A DNA stretch of 64,000 bases from contig JBNKBE010000002.1 in the NCBI GenBank assembly GCA_050287085.1, positions 1 through 64,000 of the forward strand, given 5' to 3'. The translations under genes were made by a program, and so were the position numbers. This DNA comes from Polyangiaceae bacterium (GTDB lineage Bacteria > Myxococcota_A > Polyangia > Polyangiales > Polyangiaceae). Under the pieces are notes generated by a model. That model searched no databases. It saw nothing but the letters and a program-made list of their open reading frames with translations, and had not been told where the DNA came from. Position 1 is the stretch's first letter. Each line of letters starts with the position of its first letter. Positions 9,891 through 19,326 of this stretch are shown here, piece after piece.

Positions 9891-11120
9891 GTGAGTGCCC
9901 TGCCGGAAGAGCGAAATGAGCCGCTGACTTGTCGCCATCTTGGGGTCTGCCCGGGGTGTTCGCGTTTCGGTGAGGAGGGCGTTGCTCCCGCGGCTCGCAT
10001 GCGGCTTGGTGCCCTATGTGAGCGGCTTCGGGTTTCGCCGCCGCTTTTCTGGCCGCACGGCGAGTCCCAGGGGCAGCGCCCGCAAGCGGGTCAGGGACGT
10101 GGATACCGCCATCGCGCTCGTCTCGCCGTGCGAGGAACTCCCGCGCATCCCGCGGTCGGCCTGTTTCGCGCGGGCACCCACTCCGTGGTCGACGCGCCGG
10201 ACTGCCCCGTGCACGCCCCGGCGATCAACGCTGTGGCCAGCGCCGTGCGGCGCGCGATTCGGGAAGCGAACGTAGCGCCCTACAGCGAAAGCGCCCACCG
10301 TGGTTTGCTGCGATATCTGCAAGCGGTAGTCGAGCGCTCCACCGGTCGCGTGCAGTTGGTGTTGGTGGGCAATAGCGAGGAGCGCGAGGACTTTGAGCCG
10401 CTGTGGCGTGCCGTGCTAAGGCACAGCGGGCCCGTCGCGCTTCATTCTCTGCACCTCAACTATCACTCCCAACGCAGCAATGCGATTTTGGGGGCGCGCA
10501 CGGAGCGGGTTTGGGGTGATGAATTTGTGGTCGAGACCCTCGGCGGCGCGCAGGTGTTCTTCGCCCCCGGCTCGTTTGGCCAAGCGAATCTCCCCCTTTT
10601 CGAGCGGCTCGTCGAGCGGGTGCACGATTGGCTGGCGAGCGCTCCAAGAGTGTTGGAGCTCTATGCAGGCGTGGGCGCATTGGGGCTCGGGTTGGTCAAG
10701 CGTGGTCAGCACGTAACCTTCAACGAGGTCGCTCCGATGGGTCTCGTGGGTTTGCGGCGGGGCCTCGACGAATTGGCGACGCAGGGGCTCTGGGCGGGGG
10801 GAAGCTACGAATTGCTGCCGGGCGCGGCTGAGGACGTTCTGCGCGCAGGGGCTCTGGGCGGGAGCTACGATGCCGTATTGGTGGACCCACCGCGCAAAGG
10901 GCTTGGGCCCGCGGTAGTGGATGCGCTCTTGGCCGAGGGCCCCGGGACGTTGGTGTATGTCAGCTGTGGCCTTTCGTCCTTCGAGCTCGATGCCGAACGG
11001 CTGGGTGAAGACTACGAGCTCGTGCGGTGTGAGGGGGCGGCGATGTTTCCGTACACGGAACACGTCGAGACCCTGGCTTTGTTCCGACGCCGCCAACATC
11101 CCCCAAAGACCCGGGCTTGA
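9891..11120 (+). CDS. rRNA m5U methyltransferase, RlmD/RlmC/TrmA family (no TRAM domain)
   Basis: CRHLGVCPGC Fe-S motif, FGQAN, ELYAGVG, DPPRKG, YVSC and MFPYTEHVE. Confidence 0.9.
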   Translation: MSALPEERNEPLTCRHLGVCPGCSRFGEEGVAPAARMRLGALCERLRVSPPLFWPHGESQGQRPQAGQGRGYRHRARLAVRGTPAHPAVGLFRAGTHSVVDAPDCPVHAPAINAVASAVRRAIREANVAPYSESAHRGLLRYLQAVVERSTGRVQLVLVGNSEEREDFEPLWRAVLRHSGPVALHSLHLNYHSQRSNAILGARTERVWGDEFVVETLGGAQVFFAPGSFGQANLPLFERLVERVHDWLASAPRVLELYAGVGALGLGLVKRGQHVTFNEVAPMGLVGLRRGLDELATQGLWAGGSYELLPGAAEDVLRAGALGGSYDAVLVDPPRKGLGPAVVDALLAEGPGTLVYVSCGLSSFELDAERLGEDYELVRCEGAAMFPYTEHVETLALFRRRQHPPKTRA

Positions 11121-11453
11121 GCTCTCGCCCGCCCCGGGGCATCCACCCGGGGGCGTTGTTCACTCTTGTTGGCGGGCCGCGGAGCTCCGCGCGGCCTCTA
11201 GAGAACGGGGATCCGGTGTTCCTCGAAAGAACGCATCGAGCGTGTGCCAGCGACGTCGGTGCGTGGCTTTGCCCGTACAGCGCTGCGTTCTTGGTGAAAA
11301 AATCTAGGGACCGTGCCCCAGGCGCGCCCCTGGGCTCTTTGGGTCACGTAAACTTTGTCCCATTGGGACGAATTCGCCGTGTTCGGTGAATCTGCCCATG
11401 CACGCCAATGGGGGACTGATTATCCTGCCGAACACTCTAAGGAGACCGATTCG

Positions 11454-12377
11454 ATGTCAGAGATTGAAACGACCGAGGTTTGGAGCGTAGCCCTCGCGCC
11501 CGACAACATCGCAACCATGACGTTGGAGGAACTCGACGCGGCGTTTCAGGACAGCCAGATCACCGAGCAGACGCTCGTGTGGACCGAGGGTATGGACGCT
11601 TGGCTACCGCTCGGTGAGGTCATCGGCGGCGCCGATGACGAGGAGGCCACAGCGGACCTCGGCGCTGGCGAGCCGGTCGCTGAGACCGCCGCTGCAGACG
11701 CAATCGAGCCGTTGCCTGGCTTTGCTCCCGTGCCGAACGTCGCGTCCAGCGGGCCGGAATCCGTCCGTCCCGGGGAAGTTGTGGCTCCGCCCGCTTTCGC
11801 ACCGATGCAATCAGCGCCTTCGGCGGTCAGCGTAGCCCCCCCGCCGGACGCGCCCTCGGCGCCCAGCACGGCTCCGATTTCGATGCCCATGCCGGACCTC
11901 GATTCGGACCTGGATGCGTTTCAACCCCGAAAGAAGTCGAAGCTGGGTCTGCTGGCTGCTGCTGCGGTGGTGCTGGGGGGCGTTGGTTTCACAGCTATGA
12001 ACCTTTCCGGGGGTAGCGATCAGAAAGCCTCCGCGGCCGCTGCCGCGCCGGTTGTTGCTCCAGAGGGGGGACAGCCGCTGGCCGTTGCCACCAAGAACGA
12101 TCCGAACGCTCCGCTAGAACTCGGGGGCTATCAGGTCAGCGAGAAAGAGCGCGAAGCCATCCGCAAGGAGACCGAGGCCGCTGCAGCTCAGAAGGCCAAG
12201 ATGGCCGAGGCGCTGGGTGGAGAAGCTACGACCGAGAAGCCGCCCGCCAAGACCGGAAAAGCCACCATGCGGAAGAAGTATGGGGCTAAGCGTCCCTCCG
12301 CCGGGACCAAAAAGTCGACGGGGACCATCAGCAAGGGCGGCAACAGTTTTGATCCGCTGAACGGCAGCCTGCCCTGA
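11454..12377 (+). CDS. GYF_2 (DUF4339) domain membrane protein
   Basis: N-terminal TLEEL..ITEQTLVWTEGMDAWLPL, Pro-rich linker, a single TM and C-terminal DPLNGSLP; GGAG RBS upstream. Confidence 0.75.
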   Translation: MSEIETTEVWSVALAPDNIATMTLEELDAAFQDSQITEQTLVWTEGMDAWLPLGEVIGGADDEEATADLGAGEPVAETAAADAIEPLPGFAPVPNVASSGPESVRPGEVVAPPAFAPMQSAPSAVSVAPPPDAPSAPSTAPISMPMPDLDSDLDAFQPRKKSKLGLLAAAAVVLGGVGFTAMNLSGGSDQKASAAAAAPVVAPEGGQPLAVATKNDPNAPLELGGYQVSEKEREAIRKETEAAAAQKAKMAEALGGEATTEKPPAKTGKATMRKKYGAKRPSAGTKKSTGTISKGGNSFDPLNGSLP

Positions 12378-12399
12378 GCGCGCGAGCCGACGCTCTGCT

Positions 12400-13554
12400 C
12401 TAGTCGCTGCGGAAGGCGCTTTCCGTTTGGAGAACGCCTTCCGAAAGCAGCGCTTGGAGTATGTTCCGTCGCGTTGGCGCTGAGCACCAGCGCTCTACGT
12501 CGTTGGCATCGAATTGTGTTGCTCGGCACAGAACCCGGGCCCACTCAGCGTCCTCCAGCGCGGGGGCGTAGACGTTACCGTTCACAAACAGAAGGCAGCG
12601 GTGCTCATCGACGTGGACAACCCAGCGGCTCCCGCGAGCGCGGCGGAGGGCCGTGGCTGGCTTCGTGAGGGGTGAGCTCTGTTCGAAGGTGTCTTCGAAT
12701 AGCGCTTTGGGTCGGGACAGGACTTGCCCGAGCGCGAGCAGTAGCGCTCGGTCACTGGTGTCGAGGGCGCTTTCGATCGCTGTCCGAGCTCGGAGCAGCG
12801 CGGCGGCGCTGAGCTCATCGCCGGCCTCGACCAGGCTCAGATCGGGATCGGCATACCGCAAGCTCTCGTCGCTTGCTTCGAGGGCGTTGTGCACCACCTG
12901 GGTGAGGAGTTCCTCGGCGCTTGGGGCACGGCAACCGAGAGAGCAGGTAACGCCTGCATCCAGCGCCACGCCATGGTGGGCGACGTGAGGTGGCAGATAC
13001 AGTAGATCGCCCGGACCCAGCAGCTGTTCCCCTTCCGCTTCGAACTCCGACAAGATGCATAAGTCGGTGTCGTCTCGCAGCTTGGTGCGGTCAAAGCGTG
13101 TTGTCCACTGCCAGCGCTTGTGGCCGCTCACCTGCAGCAGGAATACGTCGTATTGATCGAAGTGTGGTCCCACCGAACCGCCGGGGACTGCGTAGCTGGC
13201 CATCACGTCGTCGATCCGATAGCTCGGAAGAAAGTCGAGCTTGGACAGGTACGCTGCGATGTCGGGCGCGTGAACGTCCAGATCCTGCACCAAGAGCGTC
13301 CAGTCGCGCGCTGGCAGCGACGTCCAGTCCGCGTCGGCAAAAGGACCGAGGCGCAGGTTCCAGCTTTCGCCCTGTTGCTGTACGAGCCGCGACTCGACGC
13401 CCTCGTCCTGGGCAAGTTGACGCAGCGCAGGGAGTGAGCAGGCCGGTTCCGAACTGCTCACCAAGTGGGGTACTGCTCTTGGCACGTATAGGGGCTTCTT
13501 CTGCCAATACACCTGGAGAAAGCGCTCAGGAGTCAGATCGCCGAGAAAGGACAT
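12400..13554 (-). CDS. roxA: JmjC/cupin_4 2OG-Fe(II) oxygenase, RoxA/YcfD-like uL16 hydroxylase
   Basis: FLxxYWQKKP, WTLLVQ, RIDDVMASYA, GPHFDQYDVFLLQ and GDLLYLPPHVAHHG. Confidence 0.85.
   Translation of the reverse strand: MSFLGDLTPERFLQVYWQKKPLYVPRAVPHLVSSSEPACSLPALRQLAQDEGVESRLVQQQGESWNLRLGPFADADWTSLPARDWTLLVQDLDVHAPDIAAYLSKLDFLPSYRIDDVMASYAVPGGSVGPHFDQYDVFLLQVSGHKRWQWTTRFDRTKLRDDTDLCILSEFEAEGEQLLGPGDLLYLPPHVAHHGVALDAGVTCSLGCRAPSAEELLTQVVHNALEASDESLRYADPDLSLVEAGDELSAAALLRARTAIESALDTSDRALLLALGQVLSRPKALFEDTFEQSSPLTKPATALRRARGSRWVVHVDEHRCLLFVNGNVYAPALEDAEWARVLCRATQFDANDVERWCSAPTRRNILQALLSEGVLQTESAFRSD
12410..12443. terminator. Hairpin at the junction of convergent genes
   Basis: cggaaggcg...cgccttccg inverted repeat within the 3' end of roxA; no strong U-tract. 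Confidence 0.45.
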
Positions 13555-13611
13555 GAGAACGCCTTTACGGCGGGCTTAGGGGGCGTGTCCAGTTCGAGGG
13601 GGCCGAGGGGA

Positions 13612-13770
13612 GCTTTGATCGGGGGTGCGGGGAGGGAGCTTGCTCGCGCCCCGCGCTTTGGGGTTCGGCAAGTGGGAGGAGGGGGTTCGGCTGAGGGGGC
13701 CGGTTGCAGCGCCGCCTTGCGGATGAACTTGCGATAGCGAGGGCAATGGTTTGGTCGGGACTGGGATTGG
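13612..13770. repeat. Dispersed ~160-bp intergenic repeat, copy 2
   Basis: Diverged copy of 1221-1379 in the same orientation. Confidence 0.85.
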
Positions 13771-13875
13771 AGCCAGGGTATCGCCGTTCTACGGAGCTGG
13801 CTGTCGGTCCTCAAACCGGGGGCAAAGCGGTTCCGCCCTTGCGTCGTGAGGCGCTCAGGGTCAAGCCTAGGGCGC

Positions 13876-14775
13876 ATGGATTGGGCCGACGTGTGGGAGC
13901 AGCGACGCAGCGTCAAGGCGCTCGGCGCGTATGTGGCTCGTTCTCTCGTCACTACGCTCGCTTCGGGGCAGGCGGGCACTGCGTCGTTGGGGCGTGGGTC
14001 AAGCGTGCGCGTGCGAGCCCAGGTGAACGGCCCGTCGCGTCAGCTGGTGCGACATTTCGTGGCAGAGGTCAAAGGCGACGCGGGAGTCTACCGGGACCGC
14101 GTGCCGGCGCATATGTTTCCCCAGTGGTGTTTGCCCTCGCTGCTGGCGGCAACTCGTTCTCTCTCCTATCCGGCGTGGGCTGTGATCAACGCCGGGGCGA
14201 GCTATCGTTCCCATCGCCCCTTGCCCTACGGTCGCTACGAGATCGAAGCCGAGGTGCTTCGCGTCGAGCCTTTCGGCCGCAGAACGCAGGTCACCATCGA
14301 GGTCACCACCGCTTGCGAGGGCGAATTGTGCATCAGCGCCGAGCTTCACGTCCTGGTGGCGGGCGCTGCTTCGAGGGAGGCGAAGCCCAGACCCAAGCCA
14401 AGCCAAAGTCGGCCTCGACTGATTCCGTTGGAGGCTCGAGAACTTTGGTATGGCCCCCTGGATGCTCGGGCGGGGTTCCGTTTTGCCGTCCTCAGTGGGG
14501 ACTTCAACCCCATCCATTGGTCCGCGCTGGCCGCGAAGGGAGCCGGCTTTCAACGGGTGCTACTGCACGGTTTCGGTTCGCTCTCGCGGGCAGTCGAGGC
14601 GCTGGCGTGGGAGCAGCGACTCACAAATGCCGAGCCGTCTTGGGTGAACGCGCGATTCGTCAGACCGCTGTTGCTACCCGCGACAGTGGGAGTCTATGCG
14701 AGTGGCAATCAGCTCTTCTTGGGGGACGCGCCCGGGGGCTTTGCGTACGTGGAGGGCGAGTTTGAGCTCGCCTGA
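13876..14775 (+). CDS. MaoC-family (double hotdog) dehydratase
   Basis: FAVLSGDFNPIHW...LLHGF hydratase-2 motif and FVRPLLLP. Confidence 0.88.
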   Translation: MDWADVWEQRRSVKALGAYVARSLVTTLASGQAGTASLGRGSSVRVRAQVNGPSRQLVRHFVAEVKGDAGVYRDRVPAHMFPQWCLPSLLAATRSLSYPAWAVINAGASYRSHRPLPYGRYEIEAEVLRVEPFGRRTQVTIEVTTACEGELCISAELHVLVAGAASREAKPRPKPSQSRPRLIPLEARELWYGPLDARAGFRFAVLSGDFNPIHWSALAAKGAGFQRVLLHGFGSLSRAVEALAWEQRLTNAEPSWVNARFVRPLLLPATVGVYASGNQLFLGDAPGGFAYVEGEFELA

Positions 14776-14795
14776 GAAGGAAGCAGAGGAGCAAG

Positions 14796-16214
14796 ATGGA
14801 TGTATTAGTCGAGATCGCGAAGCGCCCCGGGCTCAGTCGTACCTGGCGCGCGCTCGGATTGCCCTTTGCCTTGCCCACGCCCCTCCGGCGCGAGTCACAA
14901 CCCTACGGGGAGCGCGTCGCTCAGGACGCGGTGCTTGCCCTCTGGTCTCACGGGACGGGCCCTGTGGCGGACGTGTTGGCTCGCTGTCTGCCTCGTTCGG
15001 GATTTGGCATTTTGGCCGCCGCCGAGCTGTTGGCGGCTCGTTTCGTCGATGCGGGTGAAGCCTGGGCGCGGCCTATCGTCACCCGGTGCAAACCGGAAGG
15101 GCGCGAGCGAATAGATGCCCTGGTCGTGGACGCAACCGGCTTGTGCAAGATTAGCGATCTCAGCTCCGTCTACGCCTTTGCGCACGATTGGATTCGCTCG
15201 CTCAAGCCGTGTGGACGAGTGCTTGTGATCGCTGATGGCCCCGGGGCTGAGCCAGGGCAGGCGGCCGTATCTCGTGCGCTGGAGGGGTTCACGCGGAGCC
15301 TGGCGAAGGAGGTTGGGCGCCGCGGGGTGACCGCGAACCTGCTTTGGCTTGCTGGCGCTGAGCCGGAGCTCTTGGTGGGCCCAGTCCGCTTTCTGCTCTC
15401 GTCGCGCGCCGCTTTTATCTCGGCGCAGCCGCTATCCCTCCATTCCGGCGTGGGCAACGACGCGTTTCAAGCTCGACCGTTGGCGGGCAAACAAGCCTTG
15501 GTGACGGGGGCCGCCCGAGGGATCGGGCTCGCGACGGCGCAGGCCTTGGCGCGCGAAGGCGCCCGGCTGACGCTCGTAGACCACCCAGCAAGCGCGGGGC
15601 CTTTGAGCCAAGTGGCGCGTGCTCTCGAAGGTCAGACCTTGCTCGTAGATCTGGCGCGAGACGAAGCCCCAGGCCAACTATGCGAGCACGTGGCCGCTAA
15701 CGGCGGGGTCGACATCGTGGTGCATAACGCAGGAGTCACCCGCGATCGCACGCTGGCCCGCATGAGCGCCGAAGAATGGGCGACGGTGCTCGATGTGAAT
15801 CTCAAGGCGGTCGTCGCGACAACGGATGGCTTGCTGGCAACCGAACTGCTTCGAGCCAGCGGACGGATTGTACTGTTGTCGTCCGTTGGGGGCATTGCGG
15901 GCAATCCCGGGCAATGCAACTATGCGGCGTCCAAGGCGGGGTTGATCGGATACGCCCGGGCGGTGGCCCTGCAGCTGGAGCAAGCCGGTAGAGGCCAGAC
16001 CATCAATGCAGTGGCTCCCGGTTTTATAGAAACACGTATGACGCAAGCGATGCCGGCCATGCTCCAGCAGGCAGCACGCCGGCTCAGTGCGCTCAACCAG
16101 GGGGGGCTGCCTGGCGATGTGGCTGAAGCGGTCGCCTTCTCGGCGAGTCCGGCGGCAGGGGGAATGAACGGTCAGGTGCTGAGGGTGTGCGGCGGGGCTT
16201 TGATTGGCGCCTGA
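14796..16214 (+). CDS. fabG: High-molecular-weight 3-oxoacyl-ACP/CoA reductase (FabG4-like)
   Basis: N-terminal extra domain plus SDR motifs TGAARGIG, HNAGVTRD, YAASK and VAPGFIET. Confidence 0.9.
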   Translation: MDVLVEIAKRPGLSRTWRALGLPFALPTPLRRESQPYGERVAQDAVLALWSHGTGPVADVLARCLPRSGFGILAAAELLAARFVDAGEAWARPIVTRCKPEGRERIDALVVDATGLCKISDLSSVYAFAHDWIRSLKPCGRVLVIADGPGAEPGQAAVSRALEGFTRSLAKEVGRRGVTANLLWLAGAEPELLVGPVRFLLSSRAAFISAQPLSLHSGVGNDAFQARPLAGKQALVTGAARGIGLATAQALAREGARLTLVDHPASAGPLSQVARALEGQTLLVDLARDEAPGQLCEHVAANGGVDIVVHNAGVTRDRTLARMSAEEWATVLDVNLKAVVATTDGLLATELLRASGRIVLLSSVGGIAGNPGQCNYAASKAGLIGYARAVALQLEQAGRGQTINAVAPGFIETRMTQAMPAMLQQAARRLSALNQGGLPGDVAEAVAFSASPAAGGMNGQVLRVCGGALIGA

Positions 16215-16264
16215 GGGTGGGGCCAGGCCGCGAGCCATTGGATGCGAACGATTAGGAGTGAGTC

Positions 16265-17545
16265 TTGACTAGAGCAGTTATTCTCGGCGGAAGGCGAACG
16301 CCTTTTGTAAAGGCGTTTGGGGAATACGTTGAGCTGGATACGATCGCGCTCGGCGCGATCGCTTTGCGGCACACGCTTTCCGCGCTCGAGCTGCAGCCAC
16401 AGGGTATTGACGCGATCGTCTGGGGAGGCGTGGTGCTGCCGCCAGGTGCCGTCAATGTTGGGCGAGAGATTGCCCTACAGGTCGGGCTACCAGCCTCTGT
16501 CGAGGCGCATACCGTAACGCGCGCGTGTGCTTCGGGCCTGCAAGCGGTCACGACGGCCGTGGCGATGGTCGAGCGCGGGGAGGCAGAGGTGGTCATCGCA
16601 GGCGGTAGTGATTCGACGAGCAACGCTCCGATCCCCTTGCCCGCCGCGTTCATGCGCAAGATGGGTCCGCTGGTCATGGGTAAGCGCTCTGGCGCCGGTG
16701 ACTGGCTTCGGGCCGTTGCCGGTCTCAGCCTCATACGAGACGTCATTCCGGCTATGCCGCGGGTTGCCGAACGCAGCACGGGTGAAACCATGGGCGAAAG
16801 TGCTGAACGTATGGCGGAGCGCAACGCAATATCGCGCGAAAGCCAAGATGAGTTTGCGCTGCGCTCGCACTTGCGGGCAGCTCAGGCGCATGGCACCGGC
16901 CGCTTCGCATCCGAGATTTGCCCGGTGGACTTGCCCAACGGGGAAACGTTGCGGCGCGATTCGCTCGTGCGGGCAGATACCTCCCTGGAGCGCCTGGCAA
17001 AGCTTCGGCCCGCCTTCAAACGGGGGGGAACGATCACCGCGGGCAATGCGAGTCCGCTGACGGATGGTGCAGCGGCGCTGGTTGTGATGAGCGAGCAGAA
17101 AGCGCGTGCACTAGGCTACTCGACGTTTGCTCGTCTCCGAAGCGTCGCCTACGTGGGCGTCGACCCCCGCGATCAGCTGCTGATCGGTCCGGCCCTGGCC
17201 GTACCGAAGGCGCTGGACCGCGCCGGTCTCGCTTTGCAGGACATTGCGCTAGTCGATATGCACGAGGCCTTTGCGGCTCAGTGTCTCAGCGTGCTCAAGG
17301 CCCTCGGGAGTCGCGCCTTTGCTCGGGAGCGTTTGGGCCGTGATGCACCGGTGGGTGAGATTCCGGCGGAGAAGCTCAACGTTTGGGGGGGCAGCTTGTC
17401 GCTGGGGCATCCGTTTGGGGCAACCGGCGTCCGCATGGTGACCACCATGGTCAACGAGTTGTCACTCCGTCGCGAGGCGTTGGCACTCGTCACATTGTGT
17501 GCCGCGGGGGGACTTGGGGCAGCTGCCGTGCTCGAGGCGGGTTGA
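16265..17545 (+). CDS. fadI: Acetyl-CoA C-acyltransferase (thiolase, FadI-like)
   Basis: RTPF, RACASG, HEAFAAQ, GHPFGATG and LCAAGG; TTG start after an AGGAG RBS. Confidence 0.9.
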   Translation: MTRAVILGGRRTPFVKAFGEYVELDTIALGAIALRHTLSALELQPQGIDAIVWGGVVLPPGAVNVGREIALQVGLPASVEAHTVTRACASGLQAVTTAVAMVERGEAEVVIAGGSDSTSNAPIPLPAAFMRKMGPLVMGKRSGAGDWLRAVAGLSLIRDVIPAMPRVAERSTGETMGESAERMAERNAISRESQDEFALRSHLRAAQAHGTGRFASEICPVDLPNGETLRRDSLVRADTSLERLAKLRPAFKRGGTITAGNASPLTDGAAALVVMSEQKARALGYSTFARLRSVAYVGVDPRDQLLIGPALAVPKALDRAGLALQDIALVDMHEAFAAQCLSVLKALGSRAFARERLGRDAPVGEIPAEKLNVWGGSLSLGHPFGATGVRMVTTMVNELSLRREALALVTLCAAGGLGAAAVLEAG

Positions 17546-17605
17546 GGCGCAGCCGCCGACCGCTGATACTCGACGTCGCGGCAAGGCCTGTGTATGAGAA
17601 AGGGC

Positions 17606-18229
17606 ATGACAATATCCTCCTGGAGCCCAATCGGACTCGTGTTGTCGTCTGCACTGGCGGTGTTTGCGGGCTGCACCTCGCGCGTTGCGCCCTTTCGGAT
17701 CAATCCCGGGGAGCAGCCAGAGCGCTACCGAGTCACTTGTGCCGGCTCCAGTCGAGGCTGCCGCCAGCTTGCCCGAGAGGCTTGCGAGGGGGACTACGTG
17801 GTCGTCGAGCGGCATGCAAACGGACCTGAACAACCCGAAATTGAGACGACGGGGGTCTCTTCTACGGGGCCGACGAAAGGGCCGGTTGCCTGGCGAGGGG
17901 AAATGGTTGTCGATTGCGGGCGAAACCTTGCGCCCCTGCGTTTGGTGCGAGGTGAAGGCGCTCCCGCACCGCCGTCGGCGGAGCTCGGCGCGGGTCATGC
18001 ACCGACGAACCCCGAGCCGGAATCGCCTGCAGCTCCCGCGCTGGCGCCTGCCACGGTGAGCGAGCGCGTCTGTGTGCCCGGAGCCACGCAGGCATGCCTG
18101 GGTTCCGGTGCGTGCGCTGGGGCGCAAGCTTGTGCTCCCGACGGCGCAAGCTTCTTGCCGTGTGATTGCGGCTCCAATGCGCCCGCGGAGGTCGTCCCGG
18201 CGCCTTCTAGCTTACCTGCGACTCCGTGA
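17606..18229 (+). CDS. Cys-rich hypothetical lipoprotein
   Basis: Lipobox FAGC; C-terminal CVPGATQAC...CAGAQAC...PCDC disulfide-rich module. Confidence 0.7.
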   Translation: MTISSWSPIGLVLSSALAVFAGCTSRVAPFRINPGEQPERYRVTCAGSSRGCRQLAREACEGDYVVVERHANGPEQPEIETTGVSSTGPTKGPVAWRGEMVVDCGRNLAPLRLVRGEGAPAPPSAELGAGHAPTNPEPESPAAPALAPATVSERVCVPGATQACLGSGACAGAQACAPDGASFLPCDCGSNAPAEVVPAPSSLPATP

Positions 18230-19251
18230 CGGTTTTCAGTCAGCGCTATATTGTCTCCGTCGGATACGATTGGTGTTGGTTTATCGCGGCGCCGTTGTGG
18301 GCGCTAGCGCTCGGAGTCTTGCTTGCAACGACTGGCGTAGCAGAGCTCCCGCTGCTCGGCGCCGACGGCGAGGCGACACACCTAGTACTGCTGGGGGTAC
18401 TGGTGCACGCCCATCTCGCGTTGGTATTCGTTCGCAGCCATGGCAACGGCACCATTCGCCGTCGCTTTCCTCTGCGTTTCGGCCTGATACCGATCGCGCT
18501 GGTCTTGACGCTGTTGGCTTCGGAGCGGGCCCTGGTGGTGGCCAGCGTGGTGGCAACCTTCTGGGACGTTTACCATTCAGGGCTTCAGACTTTTGGTTTG
18601 GCTCGCGTGTATGAAGCGCGGGCAGGCAACCCCTCAGCGCGCGGTCGCACGTTGGATCTGGCGCTCAATCATCTATTATACGCTGGGCCCATTGTCGGGG
18701 GCGCCACCATGCTCGATCATTTTGAGGACTTCGAGGAGTTCTCGTCGATTGGTTGGGTCGCGTTCACACGCGTTCCTGCGTTCGTTGCTGGGTGGCAGGC
18801 GCAGCTCGCGTGGGGGCTTTTGGTCGGTGGCGGCGGATTGTTGCTGTTGTACCTGGGCGCTTACGTCCGCTGGGCACGTCAGGGCATGCCCGTGTCTTGT
18901 CCCAAAGTGGCTCTACTGCTCGGAACGGGCGCGTGTTCGATCTACAGCTGGGGTTTCAATTCATTCGGTGAAGCGTTCTTCATCATGAACTTGTTTCATG
19001 CGGTGCAATACTTCGCTCTGGTGTTGTCGCAAGAGCAACACACGATCACATCCTTTGCTGAACGTCTTCGACTGCCATGGCCGCGGCGAAGCGGTCTCTG
19101 GCTGGTGTTGCTTGTGACGTGCGCCTACGGCACCATCGTCGAGCTCGAGCCTCTTGGCGTCGCGGGCTGGTATGAGCTGTCCATCGCGGTGTCGCTGCTG
19201 CATTTTTGGTATGACGGCTTCGTCTGGTCCGTGCGACGGCGCGACCTGTAG
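18226..19251 (+). CDS. Polytopic membrane protein with His motifs
   Basis: About 8 hydrophobic segments; HAH, YHSGLQ, FHAVQY and HFWYDG; GTGA overlap with the upstream gene. Confidence 0.75.
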   Translation: MTVFSQRYIVSVGYDWCWFIAAPLWALALGVLLATTGVAELPLLGADGEATHLVLLGVLVHAHLALVFVRSHGNGTIRRRFPLRFGLIPIALVLTLLASERALVVASVVATFWDVYHSGLQTFGLARVYEARAGNPSARGRTLDLALNHLLYAGPIVGGATMLDHFEDFEEFSSIGWVAFTRVPAFVAGWQAQLAWGLLVGGGGLLLLYLGAYVRWARQGMPVSCPKVALLLGTGACSIYSWGFNSFGEAFFIMNLFHAVQYFALVLSQEQHTITSFAERLRLPWPRRSGLWLVLLVTCAYGTIVELEPLGVAGWYELSIAVSLLHFWYDGFVWSVRRRDL

Positions 19252-19326
19252 TCCTCGCACCGTCGCGGCTGACTTGCCATCAGCGGGCCCTTAGAACCGA
19301 GCTTGCGGCGGCTTTCGCATTGATTC

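Noticed and set aside
13704..14765. 353-aa alternative-frame ORF and other long shadow ORFs (e.g. 36806-37657, 46416-47156, 47111-48001, 57517-58425, 60707-61672)
   Set aside because: They overlap well-supported genes, have no motifs and are expected in high-GC DNA.
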